Source: a bacterium (GTDB taxonomy: Bacteria; Electryoneota; JAOADG01). From it: a stretch of 64,000 nucleotides of DNA. The translations under genes were made by a program, and so were the position numbers. Shown here one piece after another: positions 62,741 through 64,000 of this stretch (its first letter is position 1; each line of letters opens with the position of its first letter). The stretch covers positions 2,624,001 through 2,688,000 of the forward strand of contig OY820579.1 in NCBI GenBank assembly GCA_963681965.1, given 5' to 3'. The notes under the pieces are model-generated. The model was not told the origin of the DNA. It made no database searches and saw only the letters and a list, made by a program, of their open reading frames with translations.

Positions 62741-64000
62741 TGAGGTGGTACCCTCAGTTTGGACAGTTTTGTGCGAATCTTAGTTAGATTGCACCGCCCA
62801 CTGTCTGCTGTTTCTTGTCAGGCAGCTGCCTGACAAGAAAGATTTCTTAGACTATCGGTGTAGACTTCATCTGGGGTTTGATAGCCCAAGCCTTGGTGCG
62901 AACGTTCGCTGTTGTAGAACGAAAAATACTCACCGATGCTACGCTCTGCAATGCGAACTGAATCGTACCCTTTCAAGTATACTTCCTCGTACTTCAACGA
63001 CTTCCACAACCGTTCGACAAAACGGTTATCCATCCACCGACCTTTACCATCCATACTGATCCGAACGCCTGCCTCTTTCAAAACATCCGTAAATGCGATG
63101 CTGGTAAACTGACACCCTTGATCGCTGTTGAAGATCTCAGGCTTCCCATACTTCGACAATGCTTCCGTCAGCGCTTCCACACAGAAATCGGTGTCCAGCG
63201 TATTCGAAAGTCGCCACGACAGTACTTTCCGGCTGTACCAATCGATCACCGCCACCAGATACACAAAACCCCGAGCCAATGGGATGTACGTGATATCGGT
63301 TGCCCACACTTGATTCGCCCGATCTACCACAATATCGCGAAGCAGGTACGGATAAATCTTGTGTTCCTTGTCAGGAACCGTCGTACGCGGCTTGCGGTAC
63401 AATGCTTCCAGACCGAGGATGCGTAGCAAGGAACGAACCTTTTTCCGACCAACATCGATACCCTGCTTCGATAACTCCACCACCAGTTTACGGGCACCGT
63501 AGAACGGAACCTTCAGGTGAAGCTCATCCAGCGTTCGCAACAGCATCAATTTGTTCGAATCAAGCGGAACAGGGCGATAGTAGTAACTGCTGCGTGGAAC
63601 CTTGATCAAAGAACACTGCTGAACCAACGGTAAACGGGCACCCGGATCGATCAGCGCTTCACGCTCAGAACGCCCAAGCGACTGAGCCCCCGTGACAAAA
63701 AATCGTTCTCCATCGTTAACTGGCCAATCTTGGCGCGAAGCTCCTTAAGGTCTACTTCTTCACTTCCTGACGACTCGGTCTTGCCAAACACCGATGCAGC
63801 ATGATCCAAAAGCTGCCTCTTCCACTGGCTGATCTGATTCGGATGAACCTGATACATACTCGCCAGTTCCGATACCGTCTTGTCACCCTTGAGGGCTGCT
63901 AATGCTACCTTCGCCTTGAAATCAGGCGATAAGGTCCGTCGTAATCCCGACATTGTAAACTCCCTGCTTGCTGTCAAAATATCGGGCAAAGCAATCTAAC
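62741..64000 (-). mobile_element. IS3 type 2 isoform nested in copy C (orfB 62818-63627, orfA 63651-63953); runs off the window
   Basis: tgaggtggtaccctcagtttggacagttt end; proteins differ from the 6685-7977 copy at a few residues. Confidence 0.95.

Noticed and set aside
1-64000. tRNA, rRNA or CRISPR arrays
   Set aside because: None recognised by eye; not confirmed by tRNAscan or Infernal

Overview
Bacterial accessory region in two parts. (1) Positions 12-16904 are a decaying defence/DNA-repair island between two apparently identical IS3-family (IS407-like) copies in direct orientation. It carries a HerA-like ATPase C-terminal remnant, a KTSC protein, an Mre11/SbcD nuclease, an internally deleted Rad50/SbcC ATPase, an OLD-family nuclease interrupted by a second IS3 type, an AbiEi/AbiEii toxin-antitoxin pair, a LexA-like repressor with a truncated Ski2/Hel308-like helicase, a PPDK_N/ATP-grasp-like protein and an IetA/IetS ATPase-protease pair. 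(2) Positions 17-64 kb hold very large secreted modular proteins: a 20x BACON-like repeat protein, two S8 proteases, and a beta-helix + 'DPGxG'-repeat gene pair. Between them lie a P-type ATPase, a PAS hybrid kinase, a GH97, a TlpA-like protein, a truncated CHAT protease and more IS3 copies, one nested inside another. The strongest unexplained pattern is that four architecturally different secreted proteins plus one pseudogene all carry the same ~75-aa FN3-like C-terminal module (W...YR...YFxP...TL..V...YYYRV), a candidate protein-sorting signal. All calls come from reading motifs by eye; no database searches were run.
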